Shown: positions 19,101 to 28,682, numbered from the stretch's first letter. The stretch is DNA of 64,000 bases from Bdellovibrionales bacterium (GCA_005801425.1 SYDY01000027.1:8444-72443); one strand, 5' to 3'. The notes: generated by a model not told the origin, from the letters alone. A program made the numbers and translations.

Positions 19101-19183
19101 TGGTAACCGCTCAGGAGATCTGGGCCATCGTATCTAAAATTGTTTCAGCGATCTCTGTTTAAGCATATCGTTAGCGTTGCCTT

Positions 19184-19663
19184 GCCATCCGTGTGCAGGT
19201 CCTCGCACGTCCACAAAAGCCACGTGACGCGCATGACTTTTGACTTGAATGTGTGTTTCTTGAGCGCGTCACAACGCTTTTGTGTCTTGTGCTCCGGTCC
19301 GTTCACACGGCAAGTGGCAAGGCAACGCTGTTTAGGGTTCGATGATTTTTCAGCCATCGCAGAGCCGGAGTTCCCGATTTTGCGGGGATGGCATCTTGAT
19401 ATGATCGGGCTGCATATCTACATATGTGACCAAGAGCGAGATACACGGGGTTCAATTTCAATCATAGAATGTTATCTGTTCTCTTTTGGTATACATGGTT
19501 AGTGTGACATGACAGCAAGCAGTGTCTCGCCACTTGCCGTGTGAACGGACCGGAGCACAAGACACAAAAGCGTTGTGACGCGTTTAAAAAATCCACTTCA
19601 CATCAAAATTTTATGCGCGTCACGTGGCTTTTGTGGACGTGCGAGGACCTGCACACGGATGGC
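19184..19663. repeat. Large imperfect inverted repeat (two perfect arm blocks of 51 and 54 bp separated by a symmetric 30-nt mismatch, with a 210-nt central loop)
   Basis: 19184-19234 is the reverse complement of 19613-19663, and 19265-19318 is the reverse complement of 19529-19582. The 30-nt segments 19235-19264 and 19583-19612 are not complementary. Intergenic between the ALDH gene and the GGDEF gene. Confidence 0.9.
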
Positions 19664-19704
19664 GAGATACTGCAAAAAAATAAGGATTTAAGCTTCGGAA
19701 TTTC

Positions 19705-20649
19705 TTAGCACTGCTCAGAAACCCGGTTTTTACCTGCCAATTTACTTTTTCGCAAAGCAATATCGGCATGCGCGAGAAGGTCGGTGATAGAATGTGTTTC
19801 AGCTGGAACTGGGCACACGCCCAAGCTGATGGTCTGTTGCATGGTGTGCTCTTTGATCTTGATGGGGCGTTCAGCAACGGCCTGTCGAACACGCTCAGCA
19901 AATCGAATGGCTTCATCAGAATGGTCACTGGGCAAAAGGATCAGAAATTCGTCGCCACCAATGCGTCCCACGTGGTCCATCGATCGTGCCGCGCCTCGAA
20001 TACGATGCGATATTTCCTTAAGAAACAGATCGCCGATATCATGGCCGAAGGTATCGTTGATCTTTTTGAAATTATCACAGTCCACAATAACGGCATGCAA
20101 GGGCTGACTGTATCGCGAAGCTCGCTCGAGATCGAGAAGCAAAATATGCTCAAGTCCTCGCCGGTTGAGTATCTCGGTGAGTGGGTCTAAAAATGCCAGG
20201 TGTTCGAGTTTTTCGTTGGCCTTTTCCAGCTGTGATTGAACGCGAAATCTTTCAATCGCATAGCGGATCGAACGGAGCAGTAGATCTCCAGGAATATTCC
20301 CTTTGATGATATAATCCTGAACGCCTTTATGCAAAGCATCCAGGGCGACGGATTCTTCATTGAGACTGGTAAGAATGACGACAGGGATCCGAATAAGTCC
20401 TGATGATTTCCACTCATCGAGCAACGAAAATGCATTGCCATCTGGAAGCTGAAAGTCCAAGAGCACACAATCGAAGGTGTGCCTTTGAAGTGCATCGAGC
20501 GCAGAATAGGTATCACTTACATGCTCAACGTCCACGAGCCGGGAATTTTCCGTTGCATGGAGTGCGCGCATAACGCTCATGCGATCGACTTCATCATCCT
20601 CGATATAGAGGAGTTTGATTCGTTCAGTGGGCCACGTGCAGCTTGTCAT
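19705..20649 (-). CDS. Response regulator receiver-GGDEF diguanylate cyclase
   Basis: REC domain (LLYIEDDEVD...LTSL) followed by GGDEF (RIGGDEFLIL). The ATG overlaps the stop of the upstream receiver gene (TGATG). Confidence 0.85.
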   Translation of the reverse strand: MTSCTWPTERIKLLYIEDDEVDRMSVMRALHATENSRLVDVEHVSDTYSALDALQRHTFDCVLLDFQLPDGNAFSLLDEWKSSGLIRIPVVILTSLNEESVALDALHKGVQDYIIKGNIPGDLLLRSIRYAIERFRVQSQLEKANEKLEHLAFLDPLTEILNRRGLEHILLLDLERASRYSQPLHAVIVDCDNFKKINDTFGHDIGDLFLKEISHRIRGAARSMDHVGRIGGDEFLILLPSDHSDEAIRFAERVRQAVAERPIKIKEHTMQQTISLGVCPVPAETHSITDLLAHADIALRKSKLAGKNRVSEQC

Positions 20650-21071
20650 CAGGGGATCTCCACAACCATCCAATAGGCATCAAGCATTTTGACGAGTCTT
20701 ATAAAGTCGAGGCCAACATTCGATTTGACGATGTAGCCGGCAATACATTTGCGGTACGCTGCGAGCTTATCTTCCTCAGCAGATGATGTTGTAAGTACAA
20801 AAATAGTAGCTCGGCTGTGTTCTGGATCATTGCGGATCTCAGTAAGAAATTCCACACCATTCATGCGTGGCATATTCAGATCAAGAAGAATAATGTAGGG
20901 TTTGGGAACCGCAGGGACGCCTTGGCCACGCAGCATTTCAAGTGCCTCGATGCCATCGTGGGCAACAAGAAGTGGATTTCCTATTTTGCTTTCACGGAAA
21001 GCGCGTTTGATCGCCATGATGTCAACATCATCGTCGTCAATGAGAAGAATATGAACCGGTTGTGTTGTCAT
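20649..21071 (-). CDS. Single-domain CheY-like response regulator receiver
   Basis: 140 aa with the phospho-acceptor context ILLIDDDDVD...LLDLNMP and the conserved Thr/Lys (VLTTS...K). No output domain. Confidence 0.85.
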   Translation of the reverse strand: MTTQPVHILLIDDDDVDIMAIKRAFRESKIGNPLLVAHDGIEALEMLRGQGVPAVPKPYIILLDLNMPRMNGVEFLTEIRNDPEHSRATIFVLTTSSAEEDKLAAYRKCIAGYIVKSNVGLDFIRLVKMLDAYWMVVEIP

Positions 21072-21080
21072 GATACACCT

Positions 21081-22523
21081 TTATTTTTTACCCGTTTTAA
21101 CCCTAGGCATGTTTTTGGGCCAAGTGAAGGAAAATGTTGAACCTCGATCCTTGGATTCAAGTGTGATGGTACCACCAGCCTGCTTTACGAGTTTTTTTAC
21201 GAGGGATAAACCAATGCCACTGCCTTCGACAGAATCGCGAGGCTTAAGTGTTTGAAACATTTGAAATATTTTATCGTGAAATTTGCTAGGGATCCCAGGG
21301 CCATCATCAGCGACGATGAAGTTGAAAAATGCTGTATTTTTTGCATCTTGGGCCGAGATTGTAATGCACCCATTGGTGCGATCATGGTGTTTGATGGCAT
21401 TTCCTATGAGGTTCATGAACACGCGTTTCAGTGACAATGGGGTCGTTGTTAAAATGGGCATGGGGTGCGTGATATTAATTGTAAAACCAGCGGGGATGTT
21501 TAATAGGTCGATGACCTCTTTGATGAGGGCTTTCGTATCGACCAACTCGACATTTTCTAAATCCTTTCCAGCCCGTGCATAGTCTAAAATATCCGTGAGA
21601 AGATGATCCATTCTTTTAACGCGCCCACGCAGGAGCTTCATGTGTTCTTGGCGTTCTCCAACAAGAACGTCTTTAAGATCCTCAATGAGCCATTGCGAAA
21701 GCGAGTCAATGGCACGCAGGGGTGCACGGAGATCATGGGAAGCGGCGTAGGCGAATTGCTGAAGTTCTGAGTTGACGTGTTCTAGCTCACCGTTGATTCG
21801 TGTCAGTGTGTTTTGGAACTCTTTTTGCTCTGTGATGTCGATGCATGAACCGATGAAACCTATCATGGTGCCATCTTCTTGAAAGCGTGGCACACCTTGG
21901 TCGTAAATCCATCGGTATTCGCCATCGGCGCGGCGAAGACGATACTCCATGACAAAAGATTGTCCTTCTACAAAGTGTTCCATATAGGTGTGCATACAAC
22001 GTTGGAAATCTTCAAAGTGCACACCTTCGACCCAACCGACGCCAAGTTCCTGCTCAATCGTTCTTCCTGTGAAGTGCAGCCATCCTTCATTGAAAAAATA
22101 GCATTCGGAATCGACTCCTGCCATCCAGATCATGACAGGCGCGTAATCGGCCATGACCCGAAAGCGTGTTTCGAGTTCTCGAATTTGTTGACCTGTGTGT
22201 GCCTGTTCGGAGATGTGGCGAACAAAGGTGACGGTACCGCGTTGACTGCGGACCATGCGTCCTTCGTACCAGCTTGAGGTATTGGGCGTGGGGAGTTCGT
22301 ATTCGAATGTCTCCACACCGCCTTCTAGAAGCACACGTGCGCTTCGATCCAGGATGAGCTTACTTACGTCTAGGGGAAATACTTCACGTATATGTTTACC
22401 ACGCGTCCATTTTGGCCATTTTTCCATGGGTTTGGGGGGATTGTGAAACGAAAGACATACACCTTTAGGATCAAGTTCGAAGGCCATGTCGGGAAGAAGA
22501 TCTAAAAGTGCAGGGTCGCTCAT
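21081..22523 (-). CDS. Cytoplasmic PAS-domain sensor histidine kinase
   Basis: 480 aa with no TM segments. PAS/PAC region, then HisKA (ASHDLRAPLRAI) and HATPase_c (GSGIGLSLVKKLV). The start ATG overlaps the stop of the monooxygenase beta-subunit gene (ATGA). Confidence 0.85.
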   Translation of the reverse strand: MSDPALLDLLPDMAFELDPKGVCLSFHNPPKPMEKWPKWTRGKHIREVFPLDVSKLILDRSARVLLEGGVETFEYELPTPNTSSWYEGRMVRSQRGTVTFVRHISEQAHTGQQIRELETRFRVMADYAPVMIWMAGVDSECYFFNEGWLHFTGRTIEQELGVGWVEGVHFEDFQRCMHTYMEHFVEGQSFVMEYRLRRADGEYRWIYDQGVPRFQEDGTMIGFIGSCIDITEQKEFQNTLTRINGELEHVNSELQQFAYAASHDLRAPLRAIDSLSQWLIEDLKDVLVGERQEHMKLLRGRVKRMDHLLTDILDYARAGKDLENVELVDTKALIKEVIDLLNIPAGFTINITHPMPILTTTPLSLKRVFMNLIGNAIKHHDRTNGCITISAQDAKNTAFFNFIVADDGPGIPSKFHDKIFQMFQTLKPRDSVEGSGIGLSLVKKLVKQAGGTITLESKDRGSTFSFTWPKNMPRVKTGKK

Positions 22524-23488
22524 GCTGAGATCCCTTCAAGACCGGCTTCACGCCAGAGTTTGTTTTGTAGTTGACGTACCGACGTACGTACGGATGCTCC
22601 TTTCGTTTCAAAAAGAGAAAGAAAAGGTGCAATCGCAGCGTCACAGATCGGCACCCATTTTTCGATCCAGCTCTGCACGAACATGGCATTTTTAGGCGAT
22701 TCGGTGATGCAAAATGTGACGAATGCTTGCATCCATTCGCGATGCCAGCGTGTATCCTCCTCAAGAGAAGCTAGGACTTTTGTGAGGATCTCGTCACCTG
22801 AGCGTTCAGCGAGACATGCCAATTGGGTGAGAAATAGGGCATCGAATGCGGGTTTTAGAACGAGGTTGAGTGCGGTGATTGTTTCACCCCACGCATATGT
22901 GACGAGAAGTTTTTCGATAGCCATCCGCATGGGTTGCCACATGGGATCTTCTTGCCAAAGGGCTTTTCCTGATTGAGCGAACTTGGGATGCGTGATCTGT
23001 ATTTGACGGAGACGATAGGCAAAGCGTTGGGTACGTCGCATTTCGTCGGCCGCTTGGAGTGCACAGGTGACAACCAAGCGACCACTTGGCGCGATGTGCC
23101 CCACGTATGCTGCAATCATTTGCAAGCCGTGGGTTGGATAAAGAATGGGACCCAAGATCCCACTCAGCGTTGCCAGCCACTGGGGTGTTAGGCGTTGATC
23201 GTATCCTGTCTCGTCGACGGATCGCAGAAGGCCATCGACGTAGATCTCCTTCTCATTCTGAAGCATCGTATATTTCGTATACGTGGTTTCACGCGGATCT
23301 CGGAATTGCTCCCAATCGGTTACTTGAAGCGGACAGTTTTTCTGTTGTGTGAGCAACCATTCGCCAGACGGGGTATGAACTTCAAAGCCTCGATTGGTGT
23401 AATAAAGAAGTTTTGATGTGCTGATATCATAATCCGACGGCTTTTTTTTCAAACCTTCAAGATGCCACCACGTACGTTGTGCTGTCAT
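22520..23488 (-). CDS. Soluble diiron monooxygenase hydroxylase beta subunit (TmoE/toluene-4-monooxygenase-like)
   Basis: ORF 22520..23506. The ATG at 23488 overlaps the effector gene stop (TAATG). Length ~322 aa and N-terminus RTWWHLEGLKKKPSDYDI resemble TmoE. Confidence 0.8.
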   Translation of the reverse strand: MTAQRTWWHLEGLKKKPSDYDISTSKLLYYTNRGFEVHTPSGEWLLTQQKNCPLQVTDWEQFRDPRETTYTKYTMLQNEKEIYVDGLLRSVDETGYDQRLTPQWLATLSGILGPILYPTHGLQMIAAYVGHIAPSGRLVVTCALQAADEMRRTQRFAYRLRQIQITHPKFAQSGKALWQEDPMWQPMRMAIEKLLVTYAWGETITALNLVLKPAFDALFLTQLACLAERSGDEILTKVLASLEEDTRWHREWMQAFVTFCITESPKNAMFVQSWIEKWVPICDAAIAPFLSLFETKGASVRTSVRQLQNKLWREAGLEGISA

Positions 23489-23784
23489 TATTTCCCAAAG
23501 GCCCAAATGGCCTCCTCCTCATTGATGGTCAACTTGCCTTTAAACGATGGCATGCAAAGTTCGAGATCACCTGGCAATAGGAATGGACGTCCGAGTGCTT
23601 GTTCGACAGCCGATCGTTTGAGTGTGCATTGCATAGGAACGGACACGCGGAGATAGGAACCTCGATCAAGGACAACGACACCCTTATTCAACTTTCGGAT
23701 TGCTGTGACGATGGCATTTGCAACATCACCGACTTCGAGAACCGGACCTACGCTATTGCTCTGCTCGCTAGGTATTGGCTTCAT
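23488..23784 (-). CDS. Monooxygenase effector/coupling protein (MmoB/DmpM/TmoD family)
   Basis: ORF 23488..23838. The internal start MKPIPSEQSNSVGPVLEVGD aligns with the TmoD N-terminus. ~98 aa. Confidence 0.7.
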   Translation of the reverse strand: MKPIPSEQSNSVGPVLEVGDVANAIVTAIRKLNKGVVVLDRGSYLRVSVPMQCTLKRSAVEQALGRPFLLPGDLELCMPSFKGKLTINEEEAIWAFGK

Positions 23785-24112
23785 GGTGTGTTCCGGGTGG
23801 GTTTGGTGGAATATCAACCAGTATATTGCCATCGACAATTTTTACGTCGAAAGGACGCAAGCAAACCGACCGAGGATTGATCCCTTGGCCTGTGCGCGCA
23901 TCGTAGGAGTAGAAATGTGCACAACATGTGAGTACATCATCTTGTAGCAAGCCTTCGCTGATGGCCACTCCCAAATGGGCACAACGATCTTCGTAGGCAT
24001 AGATGGTTTCATCGATGCGGACGAGTAGGACTTTCGTACCTTCAATTTCACATCCGATCATATCACCTTGCCAGAGTTCATCGACGGGCATTATTTTTTG
24101 GAATGCCATCAA
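23768..24112 (-). CDS. Rieske [2Fe-2S] ferredoxin component (TmoC-like)
   Basis: 114 aa with CxH...(17)...CxxH ligands (RCAHLG ... TCCAHF). Confidence 0.75.
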   Translation of the reverse strand: MMAFQKIMPVDELWQGDMIGCEIEGTKVLLVRIDETIYAYEDRCAHLGVAISEGLLQDDVLTCCAHFYSYDARTGQGINPRSVCLRPFDVKIVDGNILVDIPPNPPGTHHEANT

Positions 24113-24351
24113 ATATTCTCCGCAATCACATCGATTCGATCGAGTGCAGAAAGGCCGACTTCAGCGATGGTGAGTTCAGGATCTAGAAGTTCTCCATGAC
24201 GGTAGACTTGTGCATATGTTTTGGGTTTGACGCGGACCGAGGCGGCTTCTTGTAGACTTGCTGCGAGATCTTTGATCCTGTCTGTGTCATGCACGAGAAC
24301 GACCAGCCCGATGGTATCGCCTTTTAAGAATCCAAAGAGAGGTACAAGCAT
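24109..24351 (-). CDS. Monooxygenase gamma subunit (TmoB-like)
   Basis: ORF 24109..24474. The Met at 24351 (MLVPLFGFLKGDT...) starts 5 nt after the alpha-subunit stop. ~80 aa, the size of TmoB. Confidence 0.65.
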   Translation of the reverse strand: MLVPLFGFLKGDTIGLVVLVHDTDRIKDLAASLQEAASVRVKPKTYAQVYRHGELLDPELTIAEVGLSALDRIDVIAENI

Positions 24352-24355
24352 GGCA

Positions 24356-25843
24356 TTAACCTTTCGATAATTGCATCCAAGGGTATCTGCCTCCCGCAAC
24401 ATCTTTGCCCCATATGCTCGGCGTGAGATCGAAGTATCGTAGGAGTTCAAACAGATTGCCTGGCGCTTCTCCACTGAGGATCCGCATCACAACATCTTTG
24501 TGATGCTCATAACGTTCTGGCTCGCTTTCGAAGATCCAACGGCATGGTTTCGAACAGAAGACATACTTGCGCGCGCCGCGCGTGATCACCTCCGCGGAGT
24601 TACGTTCCGGCGAACCACCACACAAGACGAGCTGACAGAGGTTGCAAAAAGTAACGGGTGTTGCACCATGGGTGTACCACTCGACGCCAGGGCCAGATTT
24701 ACGCCAGCGGTTTGTGATTTGCTCCCAGATGGGATCGAAAAGCGGCCAGGTCTTTGCATATTTTTCCTGAAGCCAGGTTCTTTCTTCTGGACCTGGCAGT
24801 GCGAAGTTGAACCAGGTTGTTGCACGGTATGTGTAAGCACTTGCGTAAACCATGTGATGGTAGGTGTCGATGGCATCCAGGAACTGTTGCCAGTACCATG
24901 GCAATGCGAGCCCCATTTCTTCAAGTGAGCGCTTGAACTGATCGAGCACCCATTCTTGCATGAATTCTTTAAATGATTGTGTCCGATGTTTGAGCGGCGT
25001 CAGGTAATCCATGCTGAAGCCGGTGATGACGGCAAAGAAAAGCCAGTTTCGCCAGAACCATTTGTCGACCAGATATTGGGCACGCTTGGGATCGTGCGCG
25101 ATTATTTTTTGGAGGACGGGATGCCCTATTTGGGCGTGACGTGCTTCATCGGTTTGGATGCTTTTGACCATTTTCTCGAACATGCGATCGCCGGCAGCAT
25201 GTGCCATGGTCGATAGACCAATGAACTGGAGATTGGTGAAGCCGGTTTCAAAAACAAAATTGGTGCCGACAGCGAACTCCATGGGATCTGATGTGATAAG
25301 GAGTTCATCGACGAGATGACGGCCTGCGATGGCAATCCAGTTGTTGGTGTGAAAAAATTTGTGGGTCCAGTCAAATTGAGGATCCCATCGGACCAATTCG
25401 TGCATGATGAGCAGTGGGATCTGGGCGTGACGAAGTTCATCCAATGCGCCGAGGAGTGCTGTTGTGCGCCATGCGCTATCGCGCCCAAAGCGGGCCGCGC
25501 GAAGATTCCCCACAACTGCTGCAAATTCAGCCAATGCAAGTGTTGCCGCGTGGAGCTTTAATCCGTTGATCCAAGAAGGGTCATGTTTCTGAAAGTCCTC
25601 CACCTTGCCGACGGCATCACGCACCGCATGGACGGAAGCTTCTTTGATGGACTGATTTTTTACGTATTCTGTGTAGGATGTACGATAGGGTTCATCCCAA
25701 TCCTTCCATGTTTCGGCTGTGAGCCATGGGGAACCGCTGATTTCTTCGGGAAAGACCTCTCGTTCCTCAACATAAGAGAAGTCCCAATCGAGCTTTCGTG
25801 CTAGATCGAGCCAGTCGTCGCGCTTTAGCATGGCGCTCCCCAT
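24356..25843 (-). CDS. Soluble diiron monooxygenase hydroxylase alpha subunit (toluene-4-monooxygenase TmoA-like, group 2 SDIMO)
   Basis: 495 aa with diiron ligand motifs E...DELRH and E...DEARH (LGALDELRHAQ; SIQTDEARHAQ). Global similarity to the TmoA/TouA layout. Confidence 0.85.
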   Translation of the reverse strand: MGSAMLKRDDWLDLARKLDWDFSYVEEREVFPEEISGSPWLTAETWKDWDEPYRTSYTEYVKNQSIKEASVHAVRDAVGKVEDFQKHDPSWINGLKLHAATLALAEFAAVVGNLRAARFGRDSAWRTTALLGALDELRHAQIPLLIMHELVRWDPQFDWTHKFFHTNNWIAIAGRHLVDELLITSDPMEFAVGTNFVFETGFTNLQFIGLSTMAHAAGDRMFEKMVKSIQTDEARHAQIGHPVLQKIIAHDPKRAQYLVDKWFWRNWLFFAVITGFSMDYLTPLKHRTQSFKEFMQEWVLDQFKRSLEEMGLALPWYWQQFLDAIDTYHHMVYASAYTYRATTWFNFALPGPEERTWLQEKYAKTWPLFDPIWEQITNRWRKSGPGVEWYTHGATPVTFCNLCQLVLCGGSPERNSAEVITRGARKYVFCSKPCRWIFESEPERYEHHKDVVMRILSGEAPGNLFELLRYFDLTPSIWGKDVAGGRYPWMQLSKG

Positions 25844-26029
25844 CGGTTATCCGATTTATCATCATGAGAAATAGGGCATGATGATCTTATAGTGTAGTGC
25901 AATGTATGTAAAGGTTTTGTAGAGGCGATCAGGACCGCCCGGTTTGAACAATATTCTGCACCCTCGAGCTGTATATACTTGCTCCTGTCCTCGCCACGCT
26001 GCATGAATGCAAAATCTTTCGGAGTTTTG

Positions 26030-27220
26030 ATGAGCCAAATACCTTCAATGAACGATCTCGATCTGGATGGCCGCGCAGTTTTTTTGCGGCTCGATCTCAA
26101 TGTCCCCATGAAAGATGGTGTGATCACAAGTGACGCGCGTATTCGTGCATCGCTTCCTACCATTGAAAAGGCCTTGCTGGCAGGCGCACGTGTGGCCATT
26201 GCATCGCACTTTGGACGTCCCAAGGGCGGACCAGATCCCAAGTATTCGCTTGAGCCGGTCGCGGTGCACTTGGCATCGCTTCTCAATGTGGACGTGTTAT
26301 TTGTGGACGATTGCGTGGGTGATGGCGTGAAGGGCGTGATGCAATCGCTTCATACCGGACAAATCGCATTGCTTGAAAATTTGCGCTTCCATCCCGAAGA
26401 AGAGGCCGGAGATATCAATTTTGCCAAACGTTTGGCTGCGCCGTTTTCTGTTTACATCAACGATGCTTTTGGTGCGTCCCACCGCAAACATGCGTCCATC
26501 GTCGGTGTTCCAATGCAGATGCAGGTTGTTGCGGCAGGGCTTCTGATGGAACGCGAAGCGCAGGCTTTGGGCAGGCTTCTTGAAGCCCAAAAAGACCGTT
26601 TTGTGGCCATTGTGGGGGGCGCCAAAGTGAGCGACAAACTTGGCGTGATGCGATCGCTTCTAAATCGTGTGGATACGCTCTGTATAGGTGGCGCCATGGC
26701 CTACACGTTTTTAAAAGCATCGGGTGTGGATGTTGGCATTTCACGTATCGAATCGGATCAATTAAGAGTGGCCTCGGATATTTTGCTGGGTGCCCGTGCA
26801 CGCGGCGTACGCATCATGCTTCCGACCGATCACATTGTGGCCCATACATTTGAAGAAAGCGCCCGCCCACTTACCGTGGAAAACATCAATGTGAATGAAA
26901 TGGGACTTGATATTGGACCTCGGACCGCTGCGGCTTATGCCGAGGTGATCAAAGAAGCCAAAACTATTTTCTGGAATGGGCCCATGGGTGTGTTTGAATG
27001 GCCGTCATTTGCCAAAGGCACACAGGCTATTGCCCAAGCGGTTGCAGGATCGCGTGGCTACAGCGTGGTGGGTGGCGGTGATTCGGTGGCGGCGGTTGAA
27101 GCGAGCGGTGTTGCCAACAAGATCGATCATATTTCTACAGGCGGTGGTGCAAGTCTCGAATTTTTAGAATTGGGTGGCTTGCCTGGCATTGATGCTTTAA
27201 CCAACAAGGTTAGGAAATAA
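26030..27220 (+). CDS. pgk: Phosphoglycerate kinase
   Basis: ORF 25979..27220. The probable start is the Met at 26030 (MSQIPSMNDLDLDGRAVFLRLDLNVP). Typical Pgk motifs are present. Confidence 0.9.
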   Translation: MSQIPSMNDLDLDGRAVFLRLDLNVPMKDGVITSDARIRASLPTIEKALLAGARVAIASHFGRPKGGPDPKYSLEPVAVHLASLLNVDVLFVDDCVGDGVKGVMQSLHTGQIALLENLRFHPEEEAGDINFAKRLAAPFSVYINDAFGASHRKHASIVGVPMQMQVVAAGLLMEREAQALGRLLEAQKDRFVAIVGGAKVSDKLGVMRSLLNRVDTLCIGGAMAYTFLKASGVDVGISRIESDQLRVASDILLGARARGVRIMLPTDHIVAHTFEESARPLTVENINVNEMGLDIGPRTAAAYAEVIKEAKTIFWNGPMGVFEWPSFAKGTQAIAQAVAGSRGYSVVGGGDSVAAVEASGVANKIDHISTGGGASLEFLELGGLPGIDALTNKVRK

Positions 27221-27996
27221 TGCGCCGGATGATGATCGCAGGCAATTGGAAGCTTAACAAAACCATCGGTGAGGCGACGGCATTCGCCGATGTGTTGGCG
27301 AAGCGTCTTGTGTCTCATGATCTTCGCGATGTGGTGATCGCGCCACCCTATACGGCACTTGCGGCTGTGTCGCAGTCATTATCGGGAACGCATATTGCAG
27401 TTTCAGCGCAAGATGTATTTTACGAAACCGAAGGTGCATTCACGGGTGCCATCTCCGCAGCGATGATCAAAGATGCAGGATGTACGTACACGTTGGTGGG
27501 ACATTCGGAGCGTCGGCTTTATTTTGCTGAAACGGTTGAAACGACGGTCAAACGTTTGGTGGCCGCCAAAGCTGTGGGACTCATCCCTATTTTTTGCGTC
27601 GGCGAAACATTGCAAGAGCGTGAATCGGGACGCATGCATGATGTGTTACGATCACAATTGTCGGCGCTTGCGACACTTGACTTTTCTGCAAATGCCGTTG
27701 TTGTGGCCTACGAGCCTGTTTGGGCCATAGGAACTGGGGTCGTTGCGAGTGAATCACAAGCCCAAGAAGCCCATGCTTTTGTGCGTGGGATCCTTGCACC
27801 CATGGGATTATCAGAGACACGTATTTTGTATGGCGGGAGTGTCAAACCTTCCAATGCCGCAGGACTTCTCGCACAGTCTGACATCGATGGGCTTCTTGTG
27901 GGCGGCGCAAGCCTCAACATCACCGATTTTTTAAAGATCATTGCAGCTGGGCAACCCGGCTCCTACGAAGATTGGTTTGATCTCCAATTTCCTTGA
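27220..27996 (+). CDS. tpiA: Triose-phosphate isomerase
   Basis: 258 aa with AGNWKLNK and catalytic His/Glu motifs (VGHSERR ... EPVWAIGTG). The start overlaps the pgk stop. Confidence 0.9.
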   Translation: MRRMMIAGNWKLNKTIGEATAFADVLAKRLVSHDLRDVVIAPPYTALAAVSQSLSGTHIAVSAQDVFYETEGAFTGAISAAMIKDAGCTYTLVGHSERRLYFAETVETTVKRLVAAKAVGLIPIFCVGETLQERESGRMHDVLRSQLSALATLDFSANAVVVAYEPVWAIGTGVVASESQAQEAHAFVRGILAPMGLSETRILYGGSVKPSNAAGLLAQSDIDGLLVGGASLNITDFLKIIAAGQPGSYEDWFDLQFP

Positions 27997-28071
27997 TCGT
28001 AAACGTGGTCACAGAGGTTGTGAGCTTGATCTGAATCGTTTGCACCAAACACTTTCATGGTGCTCTTTTGT

Positions 28072-28136
28072 GTAGGGGCAGACCTCCGTGTCTGCCCTGA
28101 TCACGAACAAGAGCGGACACGGGGGTCTGCCCCTAC
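28072..28136. repeat. Variant composite palindromic element (GTAGGGGCAGACC...GGTCTGCCCCTAC)
   Basis: Shares the terminal GTAGGGGC/GCCCCTAC inverted ends of the repeat family, with a different inner hairpin. It lies in the tpiA-secG intergenic region and could serve as a bidirectional terminator. Confidence 0.7.
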
Positions 28137-28194
28137 ATGAAAGGCCCAATTGAAACGCAGTCCATCAAACAATTCAGATCAACCGGGAGTGGTA

Positions 28195-28671
28195 TTACTC
28201 GGCTTTTTTGGCGCCGTCGGCAGGCATAGGGGCAGGCGCTGCATTCGTTGGAGCCTGTTCGGTTTCTGGTGTCTTCTTGGGTTCATCCGATTCGTCGTTG
28301 GCTTCATCAGATTCATCATTGCCTTCATCGGCGTCGCCCGATTCGTCGGCGGCTTTATCAGCGCCTTCTTCACCCGCCTTGGGTGTGACTTCTTCCACCG
28401 TGGCTTTGGGGGTGTTGTCCTTTTCTTGAAGGACGACCGATTTATTGGCGGTGCTCATGCCTGACAGTACGAGTGAGGTGCAAAAGAAAATTGCAGCAAG
28501 AACGCTGGTCACTTTGACAAGAAAGGGCGCTGCGCCTTGCCCACCAAACACCTGGGCGCTGGCACCGCTTAAGCCTGCACCAAGTCCGCCGCCGCGTCCT
28601 GCCTGGAGCAAAACTACCAGAATGAGAAAAAGACATGTAAGAATATGAACGATGGTGATCAAGGTCTGCAT
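28195..28671 (-). CDS. secG: Preprotein translocase subunit SecG
   Basis: N-terminal TM with LLQAGRGGGLGA and a second TM, then an acidic low-complexity tail. Confidence 0.85.
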   Translation of the reverse strand: MQTLITIVHILTCLFLILVVLLQAGRGGGLGAGLSGASAQVFGGQGAAPFLVKVTSVLAAIFFCTSLVLSGMSTANKSVVLQEKDNTPKATVEEVTPKAGEEGADKAADESGDADEGNDESDEANDESDEPKKTPETEQAPTNAAPAPMPADGAKKAE

Positions 28672-28682
28672 GAAAGGGAGCC

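Noticed and set aside
19140-19502. ORFs 19140..19502 (+) and 19145..19357 (-) inside the big inverted repeat
   Set aside because: They lie wholly within the palindromic arms and loop and have no RBS or homology. They are most likely open frames created by the repeat structure, not genes.
25844-25978. Divergent promoter region between tmoA and pgk, with a possible TTTACA-N15-TATAAG sigma70-like pair on the tmoA side
   Set aside because: The spacing and hexamers are only approximate and no sigma54 (TGGCAC-N5-TTGC) element was found. It is too uncertain to call as a feature.
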